A stretch of DNA of 62,924 nucleotides, the filler included, from Octopus bimaculoides (taxonomy: Eukaryota), in assembly GCF_001194135.2 (NCBI RefSeq). It is 6 parts of 6 records of this genome, joined end to end, with 100 filler letters (N's around TTAATTAATTAA, not from the genome) between each part and the next. Parts side by side here need not be neighbours in the genome. Positions count along the whole stretch, not along the records: positions 42,286 to 57,380 come from NC_068981.1; positions 57,481 to 61,723 come from NW_026389451.1; positions 61,824 to 62,924 come from NW_026316346.1; 3 more parts are not named here. One strand, 5' to 3'. A program made the translations under genes and the position numbers. The notes beneath the pieces were generated by a model. That model saw only the letters and a program-made list of their open reading frames with translations. It was not told the DNA's origin and made no database searches. This document shows, in pieces, positions 52,313 through 62,924 of this stretch; position 1 is the first letter of the stretch; each line of letters starts with the position of its first letter.

Positions 52313-53865
52313 ACACAACGGCATTCAAACCTAGTTAATCTAAAACTCTGGGGATAATTACCTGAATTGCGGAGGTAAAACTGTAATTAGTGATGCAAGA
52401 TGGATACTCTGGTTTTTAGTAAGTATCAGAATTAGCTATGTTGACATAAAGAATCAGTTTCAAAAAAAAAAACAAAAAAAAAACAGAAAAAGATACATAG
52501 ACTTTATAAAGGCATGATGGGTTAAATATTGCACACTGCTTGATCGGAATTTTATGCGCTCTAACTCATACCATTTCGGTTTAACTTTTATTCTGCGAGG
52601 AGTTAGATAAATAACGAAGACGTATTTGAGTGAAGGATTCAACCGAACACACATCTGCTTACAGAGATGGCCTTAGTGAGATAGAAATCAATATTATACA
52701 TAAAATAAGTGAAAATTATGGTTCCTTGAGACATTTATGACCGCCATTTATTATGTGGTTGGTTGAATGAATGCTGTGCAATGAATAACGGACACCATTT
52801 TAATTTTCAAGGTATAATAACAGCTGTTGTTTAACCCAGGTTAGCTCAGATTAAACGACCCATCATCATGCTCATCCTCGTCATCATCATCATCATCAAA
52901 GGGAAGCGAGCTGGAAGAATCGTTAAAGCAGCAGAAATAATATTTTGCAGTATTTCGTCCGTAACTTTATACTCTGAGTTCAAATTCCGCCAAGTCTAAT
53001 TTGCCTTTCATCCTTTCCGGGGTTGATAAAATTAGTACCAGTTGAGTACTGAGGTCAATTTAATCGACTTAACTGCGGCCATGCTGGGACACAGCCTTGA
53101 AGAATTTTAGTTGGACGAATCGACCCCAGTAATGATTATTATTTGTTTTTAAAGTCAAGTACTCATTGTATAGGTCTCTTTTGCCGAACCACTAAGTTTC
53201 GGTGACATAAACACACAAGCACCGGTTGCAAAGCGATGGTGGGGACATGCACAGTCACAAACACACATTTACTCACACACACACTCAGACACACGCACAT
53301 ACATACACAAGACACACACACACACACGACGATCTTCTTATTATGTATGTATATTATGTATGTATATATATATATATATATANNNNNNNNNNNNNNNNNN
53401 NNNNNNNNNNNNNNNNNNNNNNNNNNNNNNNNNNNNNNNNNNNNNNNNNNNNNNNNNNNNNNNNNNNNNNNNNNNNNNNNNNNNNNNNNNNNNNNNNNNN
53501 NNNNNNNNNNNNNNNNNNNNNNNNNNNNNNNNNNNNNNNNNNNNNNNNNNNNNNNNNNNNNNNNNNNNNNNNNNNNNNNNNNNNNNNNNNNNNNNNNNNN
53601 NNNNNNNNNNNNNNNNNNNNNNNNNNNNNNNNNNNNNNNNNNNNNNNNNNNNNNNNNNNNNNNNNNNNNNNNNNNNNNNNNNNNNNNNNNNNNNNNNNNN
53701 NNNNNNNNNNNNNNNNNNNNNNNNNNNNNNNNNNNNNNNNNNNNNNNNNNNNNNNNNNNNNNNTATATATATATTTATATATTTGATCCTTTATATTGAA
53801 CACTCAATATTTCATCTACATTCAATACTTTCTTTCATGGTGCCATCCATTTTTATTTTATTTTA

Positions 53866-53991
53866 TTTTATATTGTATATTATATTATATATTGTATATT
53901 CCATATTCTATACCCCACATTAGTTCTGCAGGAATATAAATAAAACATAAAAAACAGACAGTGTTGGAACTCTTTTAAACAAAATAATATA
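53866..53991 (+). repeat. Inverted copy of 30872-31004
   Basis: Identical except for one 7-nt ATATATA unit. Confidence 0.9.
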
Positions 53992-54045
53992 TTCCTCTAT
54001 ACACAATCATACAAAAAAACCACCTTTTTTGTATTTATTTTTACT

Positions 54046-54076
<31 letters not shown>

Positions 54077-54080
<4 letters not shown>

Positions 54081-54285
54081 GAAATTTACAGAAAAATAAA
54101 AGACGAAGACAGGTGTATGATCAACAAGCAGATGTATTAGTTTGACGCTCGGGAAAGTGAGGAAGTCTTTTACGTTTCGAGCCAACACTCTTGAACAGGA
54201 AGGAATAACAGAAAATTAACAGAGAGAGAGAGAGAGAGAATAAGAAAAACTTGTGGATTTAGCGATCAAGCATAGCGACTGGTTG
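54077..54285 (-). mobile_element. Family D element with degenerate hammerhead motif (54168-54201)
   Basis: Minus: ttc CTGTTCA a GAGT-gttg-GCTC GAAACGTA aaa; next to (TA)n. Confidence 0.65.
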
Positions 54286-54299
54286 TACATATATATATA

Positions 54300-54332
<33 letters not shown>

Positions 54333-54981
54333 ATGTATGTATTTGCATTTACAATTATATTTACATCTAATGTGGAAATATCAATAATACAAATTGTCGA
54401 AGCAAGACTGCATTATCCGAAATGTCTTTTCTTTTTACAAAGGAATAAAGGAGCGATCTAGCGGAGATTTCTAGCTGATCGAGTGACCACGTAGAGTCGT
54501 TCTCATTAGTTCAGCATTACAGCATCTATATTTAAATGTAGAAAGTTTCTATAAATACAGAATATCAAGATATATGCAAAACATCATAATACACGATGCA
54601 ATTTACCCCGCACTCCTCGTTAAATGTCCTCATTTTTACGAAATTTCTTGATACAAAATTTCCTTTTCTGTGAACGTTTAGTTTTTGCTCTTTCCAAAGC
54701 TTGATTTAGCATTTAAAAAATTTTTTTACGAAAGTTAATTTTCTACTTAAATGATGGAGAATAAAATAGTTTGGTAATTTATCTTAGTCCAATCTTCCTT
54801 ACAATTTTGTCACACAACGCATTAAAAGTACATAGAAGTAATCAAACATTTTAGTTCGTTGCTGCAAATTAATTGTGCTATAAGATAGCGCTAGCATGCT
54901 ATCTTAAAGATAGCGTTTTGGCAGGAGCACGTGCATTTCCATAAAGCTGTCGTCAACATCATCATCATCATCATCATCATC

Positions 54982-56030
54982 AACGCTTCGAACAAAAATA
55001 GCAGTATTTATTCCGGTTGTTTGCGTGACACGTTGATCTTATATCAAAGTAAACAGTACATGTCCTTGCAGATGGGGACCCATTTAGAATTGGAACGTGT
55101 TAGCTGTCCACAGCCAGCAGATTAAGGTGACACTTGTTTACTGGTCGTGCTTCAAGAACGCTGCGAAAAAGTTTTTCAGTTCCAAGCAATGGTGATTTTT
55201 GTAGGTGTTCTACCTTCACATTTGTACCAATCTTTTTCAGCCATATTATTAGTTGAGTGCACCAATTACTATTGGTGTCACGTTTACTCTTTTCATTGAC
55301 CACAATCTTCGTATTTCCCACTTCAAATCGTCATGGTTGTTTATTTTTTCTTCTTCTTTTTCATTGATTCTGTTGTCACCGGGGCATGCTATGTCGAACA
55401 TCATGCATGTTTTTTTTTATTCACCACAACAACGTCCGGTTTCCGATGTCTGGTCAGGTTATCGCACTGAATCATTGCATCCCACAGGATTTTGCAATTC
55501 TCATTTTCGGTGACTCCTTCTGGGTTTTCTCACACCACATCTTTTCTCTTTGTCGGCCGTGATTTCCACAGAGCTCCAAATAAATCATTCTTGCCTCATT
55601 GCCATGGCGTCTTTTGTATTTGCGTCGTGCTAATTTCAGGCATTCGCTAACGATGCGCCATACCGTTTCACTCCTCTCACCACAAATTATGCATTTGTCG
55701 CTGTCGGTAGTGTTGTCTATTCTGCACTTCACGTAGTTGGTCCTTAACGCTTGTTCTTGAGCTGCGTATGAGTGCTTCTGTCTCTATCTTCAGATCACTC
55801 CTCATCCATAGCCACCGGTTCTCTATATCTGTCTTGGTTTTCACATCTCTTGCAAACTGATCGTACATTTTTTCCTTCCATGCTTTTTCTTTCTTTTTTT
55901 TTTTGTTAATTTCTTGTTTAAATTTTTCTTTCGTTACACAATTATCAGTTTTGATGGCTCCACGGCATTTTTTATATATCACCCTAAGCTGTTTTCCTCT
56001 GCTTCGATACAGTCCTGGCAACTGATCAAA
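54982..56030 (-). mobile_element. 5'-truncated, decayed R4-clade retrotransposon (CCHC finger plus RLE)
   Basis: KCIICGERSETVWRIVSECLKLARRKYKRRH; KILWDAMIQCDNLTRHRKPDVVVVN...MFDIACPGD; PIVIGALN; QKSPLLGT; 3' UTR ends at (TGA)n 54981-54957. Confidence 0.9.
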
Positions 56031-57029
56031 CCTCTCGGTTTATATATATATCAACTCTACCAAGCATATCTAGTTTAGCGACAGATATTTGCTCTGTGTA
56101 AAAATATATTTTTGATATATTTTACCATAGTTGCATTTTCTGCACTCATGCGCCTCCGCCCTCCCCCAAACACACACACATATACACGTGCAAAAAATAC
56201 ATTAAGTCCCCAGTGCATGAATGAATGAACGAACCGGAAGTAATGTCAGGAAATTCGCACTGACAGCATATTTTTCTTCAATATATAAATTTATTATTAT
56301 TATTATTACTATTATTATTAGTTGCTGCCTTGTTGAAAATATTTCCTTAAAATTTCCGATTTATTTTCAAATTAATTAAAAAACCCAATTCAGTTACTGA
56401 CAGAAAATCCAGTTTATTTTTTAATTAATCAAACTACAGAAGCCATGAAATCACCAACCTGACATCGAAGTTGGTTGAATAATTAAATAAATACAAATGG
56501 AAATTTATTTAACATTTACTTTTACTTAGGAATAATGAGTTCTTGTATCTAAACTAACGAATTATTTTTCAGTAAAATATATTACAGTTAATTCCGCTTA
56601 ATTGCATTCTCGATAAATGTGCAATTCGGTTAATTACTTAACTTTTCAAAACATCGAGCGGTAAAACATCAAATCTACGTAAAATTGATCTGTTAATTGC
56701 TTATGCATATGACGTCATTTTCGACTAATTGTGTTAATTGCAAATTTTCTTCTGGTGAAACGTAGCGTGAAATTGGATGTTTATTTGATTTGATATGGAT
56801 AAAAAGATTCTAGTTCTAGAAGTTTCTGCTTTTCTCTTTAGTTAAAATGGCTTGTAGACAGTTCTGATGTATTTACAAACAATTCATGTCAAACAAGTCA
56901 AAAGTATTTAAGTTATTCTTACCATTTCAAAGATTATCGAAGTCCAGAATGTTGCGTATTCTTGTTTTGTTTTTAGTTGTGTTATAAATTCTTCAATAAA
57001 TGAATATTTCTCTTGTAGTTTAGAATTTG

Positions 57030-57212
57030 TCGCAGCCGTGTAGTAAGAAGTTTGGTTCCCAACTACGTGGTTCCGGGGTTCGGTCCTACTGCGTGACACC
57101 TTGAGCAAATGTCTTCTACTTTAGCCTAGGGCTGAACAAAACCTTGTGAGTGGATTTGGTGGACGGAAATTTAAAGAAACCCGTCATGTGTGTGTGTGTC
57201 TGTGTGTGTGTG

Positions 57213-57252
<40 letters not shown>

Positions 57253-57380
57253 CCCCACCACCGCTTGGCAACCAAGTGTTGATTCGTTTACATTCCGTCA
57301 ATTAGCGGTTCGGCAAAAGAGAGCGATAGAGTAAGTACCAGGCTTAGAAAAAAATAAGTACTGCGGTCGATTCTTCAAGG
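57030..57380 (+). mobile_element. SINE family B, near full length
   Basis: Head gccgtgtagtaagaag, CORE-like gtgacaccttgagcaaatgtcttc, internal (TG)/(TCTG) tract, 3' body gcggttcggcaaaagagagcgatag. Confidence 0.8.
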
Positions 57381-57480
57381 NNNNNNNNNNNNNNNNNNNN
57401 NNNNNNNNNNNNNNNNNNNNNNNNTTAATTAATTAANNNNNNNNNNNNNNNNNNNNNNNNNNNNNNNNNNNNNNNNNNNN
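57381..57480. other. Artificial scaffold join
   Basis: 44 N + TTAATTAATTAA + 44 N. Confidence 0.95.
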
Positions 57481-57517
<37 letters not shown>

Positions 57518-58415
57518 TACATATATATACATACATTTAGCTACATATATAAACATATATATATACATATATACCTGCTCTCCAACACTGTTGACTTTTC
57601 ACCAATACGTTAAGCTGTAAAGCCTCCAGGTTTTTTGTATCTCCAGGAGGCAAAATAATCATCAAATATAGCCCAAACACTGTATATACACATATGCATA
57701 CACACATATATGTATGTATACACATACACACACAAACGAACACACACACACACACACAGATATAGAGATATGTACACAGACTCATACAAAGCCTTTGCGT
57801 GGTTGCTCAGCCGATCCTACTAGAAATAGCAGCAATATTCCCTATCCCCTCACACCGTACTGTTTTAAAAAGAGGAAAAACGGAAAGACACATTACCTGC
57901 TGTAGTCCAAGATATACTATGAGATGGTCATGGCTGGAAGCTATGCTTTGATCGTGGAGAAACTATTTAATTAGAGCTGATTAAACATCATCACTGCCAT
58001 CAACATCATCATCGTCATCGCCACCACCACCACCACCACCATTACCACCACCACGTTAATTTCTCCACACCCCTCCACCCACCATCTGTTTCTGTTGCTG
58101 ATAAAATCAAATACAGGAGACACAGTGTCCATAAAGAATGCGGGTGATGGCGGTTTACCGTCACCGCCACCACCACCACCGCCACCACCACCACCACCAC
58201 CATCACCACTACTATTACTACTACGAACGGCACGACGCAACCACTGAGCATGCCTCCTTATTATATGTTACACACACACATACACACACACATACATGCA
58301 GAGATTACTGGGTGACTTAACTTGCTAAAAATAGAAGCCAAATTCAAATTCATTCGCTGAATCATTTTTAAGAGAACAGACACAATAGATAATCATACAC
58401 TATCACTGAACAGAA

Positions 58416-58862
58416 GATGGGGTGGTCACATCTGGAACGTCTTTGATCATAGGTCTGTCTGGATCAGGACTGACTTGGGGCTAAACAAACAACAGCTATA
58501 GCCACTAATACTAACTCCTATACTATACATTAGATAATGTAGTCCTAGATACACTATGCCCGAATAAAAGATGGGATGGTCACAGCTGGAACGTCTTTGA
58601 TCATAGGTCTGTCTGGATCAGGACTGACCTGGGGCTAAACAAACAACAGCTATAACCACTAATACTAACTCCTATACTATACATTAGATAATGTAGTCCT
58701 AGATACACTATGCCTGAATGAAAAATGGGATGGTCACAGACGGAACGCCTTTGATTATAGGTCTCTCGTGATCAGGACTGACCTAGTGTTAAACAACAAC
58801 TACAGCCATTAATATTAACTACTATCCAATACATTAGGTGATGTAGTCCTAGGTACATTACA
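58416..58862 (+). repeat. 154-bp tandem repeat, about three units
   Basis: Units start at 58416, 58570 and 58724; first two nearly identical; inverted half-unit at 59050-59128. Confidence 0.9.
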
Positions 58863-59192
58863 CCCCTCTCCCATGTAGCAGACAATACTGTGTCACTAGC
58901 TTGACTGACAGGCTTTATAACAAGCCATCATATAACCTGTTTGGGTGTGAGTGAGGACAGAGTGAAGTTCTGAGTGTGAGTGAAGGGTGGAGCCTGGAGG
59001 CTATAGTTAATTTGATTTCACTTGACATCAGCTTATCAAGAATTCGCAAAGCTGCTGTTTAGCCCAGGACAGACCTGATCCAGACGGAACTATGATCAAA
59101 GAAGTTACAACTGTGACAATCTCATCTTNNNNNNNNNNNNNNNNNNNNNNNNNNNNNNNNNNNNNNNNNNNNNNNNNNNNNNNNNNNNNNNN

Positions 59193-59500
59193 TGTGTTTA
59201 TTGAGCGAAAACACCTAAAGCTCCACGAGGCTCCGGCAGGGGATGGTGGCGAACCCTGCTGTACTCTTTCACCACAACTTTCTCTCACTCTTACTTCCTG
59301 TTTCTGTTGTACCTGTAATTCAAAGGGTCAGCCTTGTCACACTCTGTGTCACGCTGAATATCCCCGAGAACTACGTTAAGGGTACACGTGTCTGTGGAGT
59401 GCTCAGCCACTTGCACGTTAATTTTACGAGCAGGCTGTTCCGTTGATCGGATCAACTGGAACCCTCGACGTCGTAAGCGACGGAGTGCCAACAACAACAA
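59193..59500 (+). mobile_element. SINE family C (head lost in gap)
   Basis: Tail ...ggagtgccaacaacaacaa. Confidence 0.88.
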
Positions 59501-59524
59501 TATAGTAGTTAGTATTAGTGACTT

Positions 59525-59752
59525 AGAGGTTAGCGTAAATGATTCACAATCACAAGGTTGTGAGTTCGTTTCTCAGCGGCGCATTTTGTCCTTGTTGTTC
59601 CACTCCACTCAGCTGGCAAAAATGAGTAGTACCTATATACCAAAGGGCCAGTCTTGTCACATTCTGTGTCACGCCCCCCCCCCCATGTACTAATTTAAGG
59701 GTATGCGTGTCTGTGAAATTCTCAGCCACTTGCACGTTAATTTCACGCGATT
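59525..59752 (+). mobile_element. Chimeric SINE: family E core joined to family C body
   Basis: ccactcagctggcaaaaatgagta (shared with 60148-60171) followed by ccagtcttgtcacattctgtgtcacg...cagccacttgcacgttaatttcacg (family C). Confidence 0.65.
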
Positions 59753-60021
59753 GTATATACATACAAACATATGCATACTTGCAAACATGAGATGCACATT
59801 CATGTGTATATGTATATAAACATACATGCATATATACACACATCTATATATGCATATACATACATGCACACACACACATATCTGTAGATACACACATCTA
59901 TATAAACAAATGTATCTATACATATTCACAGACATTCCAGCAATGTGCAAACAATACTCCAGACCAAACAAGAATTAATAATGGAAGTTCGTTTATCAAA
60001 AAATACAAGCCATAACAGAAT

Positions 60022-60272
60022 AGGTGGAAGCGCGTGGCTTAGTGGTTAGGGTTTCAGCATCATGATCATAAGATTGTAGTTTCGATTCCTGGACTCGGCG
60101 ACGCGTTGTGTTCTTGAGCAAAACACTTCATTTCACGTTGCTCCAGTCCACTCAGCTGGCAAAAATGAGTAACGCTTCGATGGACTGGCGTCCCGTCCAG
60201 GTGGGGAATACATACGCCATAGAAACCGGGAAACCCGGCCGATGAGCTTGGCTAGGCTTTAAAAGGGCGCAT
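60022..60272 (+). mobile_element. SINE family E (tRNA head, CORE-like domain)
   Basis: gcgtggcttagtggttagg...gtttcgattcc; gttgtgttcttgagcaaaacactt; followed directly by a family C head at 60281-60361. Confidence 0.75.
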
Positions 60273-60941
60273 TTATTTAAAGGCGTAATGGCCCAGTGAT
60301 TAAGGCAGCGGATTCGCGGTCGGAGGATCGTCGTTTCGATTCCCAGACTGAGCGTTGTGAGNNNNNNNNNNNNNNNNNNNNNNNNNNNNNNNNNNNNNNN
60401 NNNNNNNNNNNNNNNNNNNNNNNNNNNNNNNNNNNNNNNNNNNNNNNNNNNNNNNNNNNNNNNNNNNNNNNNNNNNNNNNNNNNNNNNNNNNNNNNNNNN
60501 NNNNNNNNNNNNNNNNNNNNNNNNNNNNNNNNNNNNNNNNNNNNNNNNNNNNNNNNNNNNNNNNNNNNNNNNNNNNNNNNNNNNNNNNNNNNNNNNNNNN
60601 NNNNNNNNNNNNNNNNNNNNNNNNNNNNNNNNNNNNNNNNNNNNNNNNNNNNNNNNNNNNNNNNNNNNNNNNNNNNNNNNNNNNNNNNNNNNNNNNNNNN
60701 NNNNNNNNNNNNNNNNNNNNNNNNNNNNNNNNNNNNNNNNNNNNNNNNNNNNNNNNNNNNNNNNNNNNNNNNNNNNNNNNNNNNNNNNNNNNNNNNNNNN
60801 NNNNNNNNNNNNNNNNNNNNNNNNNNNNNNNNNNNNNNNNNNNNNNNNNNNNNNNNNNNNNNNNNNNNNNNNNNNNNNNNNNNNNNNNNNNNNNNNNNNN
60901 NNNNNNNNNNNNNNNNNNNNNNNNNNNNNNNNNNNNNNNNN

Positions 60942-60969
<28 letters not shown>

Positions 60970-60980
<11 letters not shown>

Positions 60981-61165
60981 TTGTGTGTCTGTGTTTGTCC
61001 CCCCCCACCATCGCTTGACAACCGATGGTGTGTTTCCGTTCCCGTAACTTAGCGGTTCGGCAAAAGGAGACTGATAGAATAAGTACTAGGCTTACAATGA
61101 ATAAGTCCTGGGGTCAATTTGCTCGACTAAAGGCGGTGCACCAGCATGGCCGCATTCAAATGACT
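60970..61165 (+). mobile_element. SINE family B, 3' half and tail
   Basis: ccaccatcgcttgacaaccgatg...ggcggtgcaccagcatggccgc...gactgaaacaagtaaaagag. Confidence 0.8.
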
Positions 61166-61534
61166 GAAACAAGTAAAAGAGTAAATAATAGAACAGGCTA
61201 TAAGAAACATCTGTAATACACGATTCTCCTTTTTCCTGTGAATTAATTACACTGTGTAATACAAATTATATTTATTTATTGTCATTTGTTATTTCCTATT
61301 TGCTTCAATCTAGAAATCGAAGGAAACGACTATTATTCTCTTCAAAGTTTGCTTTTGTGACCTGGATATCAAGGTTTTGAAACTGGCCTATTTCCCATTA
61401 CATTTCAGACAGAATCAATGCTCAGTTGCTGAAGCAGAAATATCGTTATAGCAAATATTCTGCGCAATACCACAGATTTACTTGTCGGTTGGTTAACCTT
61501 AACTCACAGGAATCGACCCATAATAAATTGTGAT

Positions 61535-61722
61535 ATGGCTATTGTTCACAACAGAACATGTGCAACATGTGGAAAGGTGTGCCTCTCAGTCGGAGGATTG
61601 AAAGGGCCAGTCAAAAGAGTTCTTACTGTGTCACTTGTTCCTTCTGCCAGCCAGCACAGCTATGCATTATGTTATCGAATGTGCGAAACTTTCGCCGGTC
61701 TCAAGAGTCCATACAAGGGCCT
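61535..61722 (+). pseudogene. C-terminal zinc-finger region of an RTE-like LINE, decayed
   Basis: HNRTCATCGKVCLSVGGLK and CYRMCETFAGLKS resemble the CxxCG.x C.S..GL..H fingers at RTE ORF ends. Confidence 0.55.
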
Positions 61723-61723
61723 C

Positions 61724-61823
61724 NNNNNNNNNNNNNNNNNNNNNNNNNNNNNNNNNNNNNNNNNNNNTTAATTAATTAANNNNNNNNNNNNNNNNNNNNN
61801 NNNNNNNNNNNNNNNNNNNNNNN
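61724..61823. other. Artificial scaffold join
   Basis: 44 N + TTAATTAATTAA + 44 N. Confidence 0.95.
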
Positions 61824-62486
61824 CAAAATGACCAGCTTGTCAGAAATTGGTACTTTCCTCAATAATCTTGCTAAATTGTCATAAAACTGTTCCACAGTTT
61901 CATCTGAATGGGACATTGTTGGTGCATAAATACTGATAATGGTAAGAAATTTACCTTTTGTCAGTTTGATACGGTATGACATGATCCGGTCAGATATACC
62001 ACTTGGATGCTCTGCAATGGAGGACACTAATGTATTCTTGAGAGCAAACCCAACACCAGATTCTCTACGCTGACCCTTAGGTAGGCCTTTCCAAAAGATA
62101 GTATATCCATAAGTAGATTCAATTACTTGACCCTCACCAGAGAGACGAGTTTCAGAGAGCGCAATTATATCAAGGGAATATTTCTTAAGCAAACATGCAA
62201 CAAGTGCAGTATGCCTTTCCAGCCACTTGTTGAAATTATCATCAAGAAGTGTGCACACATTCCAACAGCCGAAATTCAAAGGATGTTTATTTTTACTTTT
62301 TCTTGAAGACTGTTTGACCACAGTGGGAGGATGACGGCCGGGTCCAGCCTGTGATATACTGGGACACCTGCTGAGCCAGACCTGTTCCCCTGATGTTCGC
62401 AAGCCTTTTTTGCCATCTACTGAATTTGTTTCAGACATTTTAGAATAAGTTACAGGTGCATTTTTAGGTTTCTGCCAACCAACCAA
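61824..62486 (-). mobile_element. RTE/Bov-B-like LINE 5' part, AP-endonuclease domain, open to the gap
   Basis: FGCWNVCTLLD...DIIALSETRL...GYTIFWKG...GVGFAL...DRIM...IISIYAPT...QFYDNL; 5' UTR probably extends to about 62760. Confidence 0.93.
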
Positions 62487-62924
62487 TTGAATGATTTTAC
62501 CAAGATCTGGAGTACAGGAAGTACCTGTGCAGATGAATAATTTTTAGTCGGTGTAGCTTGCACTGCACTACCCCCACTTATTAGCCCAAGAAGACTTTCA
62601 TCAGTGTGACAAGAAAATTGACAAAACCAGGAACTTCCAAGGCCTCAGGTATTATTTCAGAGATTTCTTTCTCCTAGGTAGATTACCAACCAAGGTTAAA
62701 GAGCTTCTACCTGCCCATGAGGTAAGCCATCCCATTCCAGACACCTAACTGACACTCAGACACTCTATAAAGTGATCAAATATCACTTTGGTGACCGATG
62801 CGGAGCAGCTCATTCATGAAAAAAAAAGAAATGTATATATATACATACATGCACACATACACACATACACACACATATATATATATGTATATATATGTGT
62901 ATATATGTATATATATGTGTATAT

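Noticed and set aside
58416-58862. Regular repeat resembling a CRISPR array
   Set aside because: Whole 154-bp units are duplicated with no unique spacers, and the context is eukaryotic.
60022-60095. tRNA-like sequences (also heads at 8180, 16788, 33230)
   Set aside because: A/B boxes run straight into SINE bodies without a full cloverleaf; not tRNA genes.

Overview
Repeat-saturated, AT-rich animal genomic DNA with no host protein-coding gene or RNA gene I can support. The tRNA-headed SINE families and extreme microsatellite density look like a cephalopod genome, most likely Octopus (inference from recall, not a search). The window is a draft scaffold with many N gaps and five artificial 100-bp joins (44 N + TTAATTAATTAA + 44 N). 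Contents: several tRNA-derived SINE families (labelled A, B, C, E, G here); decayed RTE/Bov-B-like LINE pieces (APE, RT, C-terminal zinc finger); three families of restriction-like-endonuclease (R4/Dong-type) non-LTR elements, each ending in a different microsatellite, (TAA)n, (CATA)n and (TGA)n; a decayed mariner, a Tc1 fragment, mariner- and hAT-derived MITEs; and a Neptune-type Penelope GIY-YIG remnant. The main signal is a dense set of type I hammerhead ribozyme folds in short non-coding elements, mostly beside (TA)n or TA-containing tracts: three with intact cores (8850-8923 +, 11153-11225 -, 22188-22237 -), one with a single core lesion (31004-31043 -), one degenerate, and a five-copy family of minimal hammerheads, four of which carry U at core position A6. 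All folds were done by eye and none is shown to cleave.
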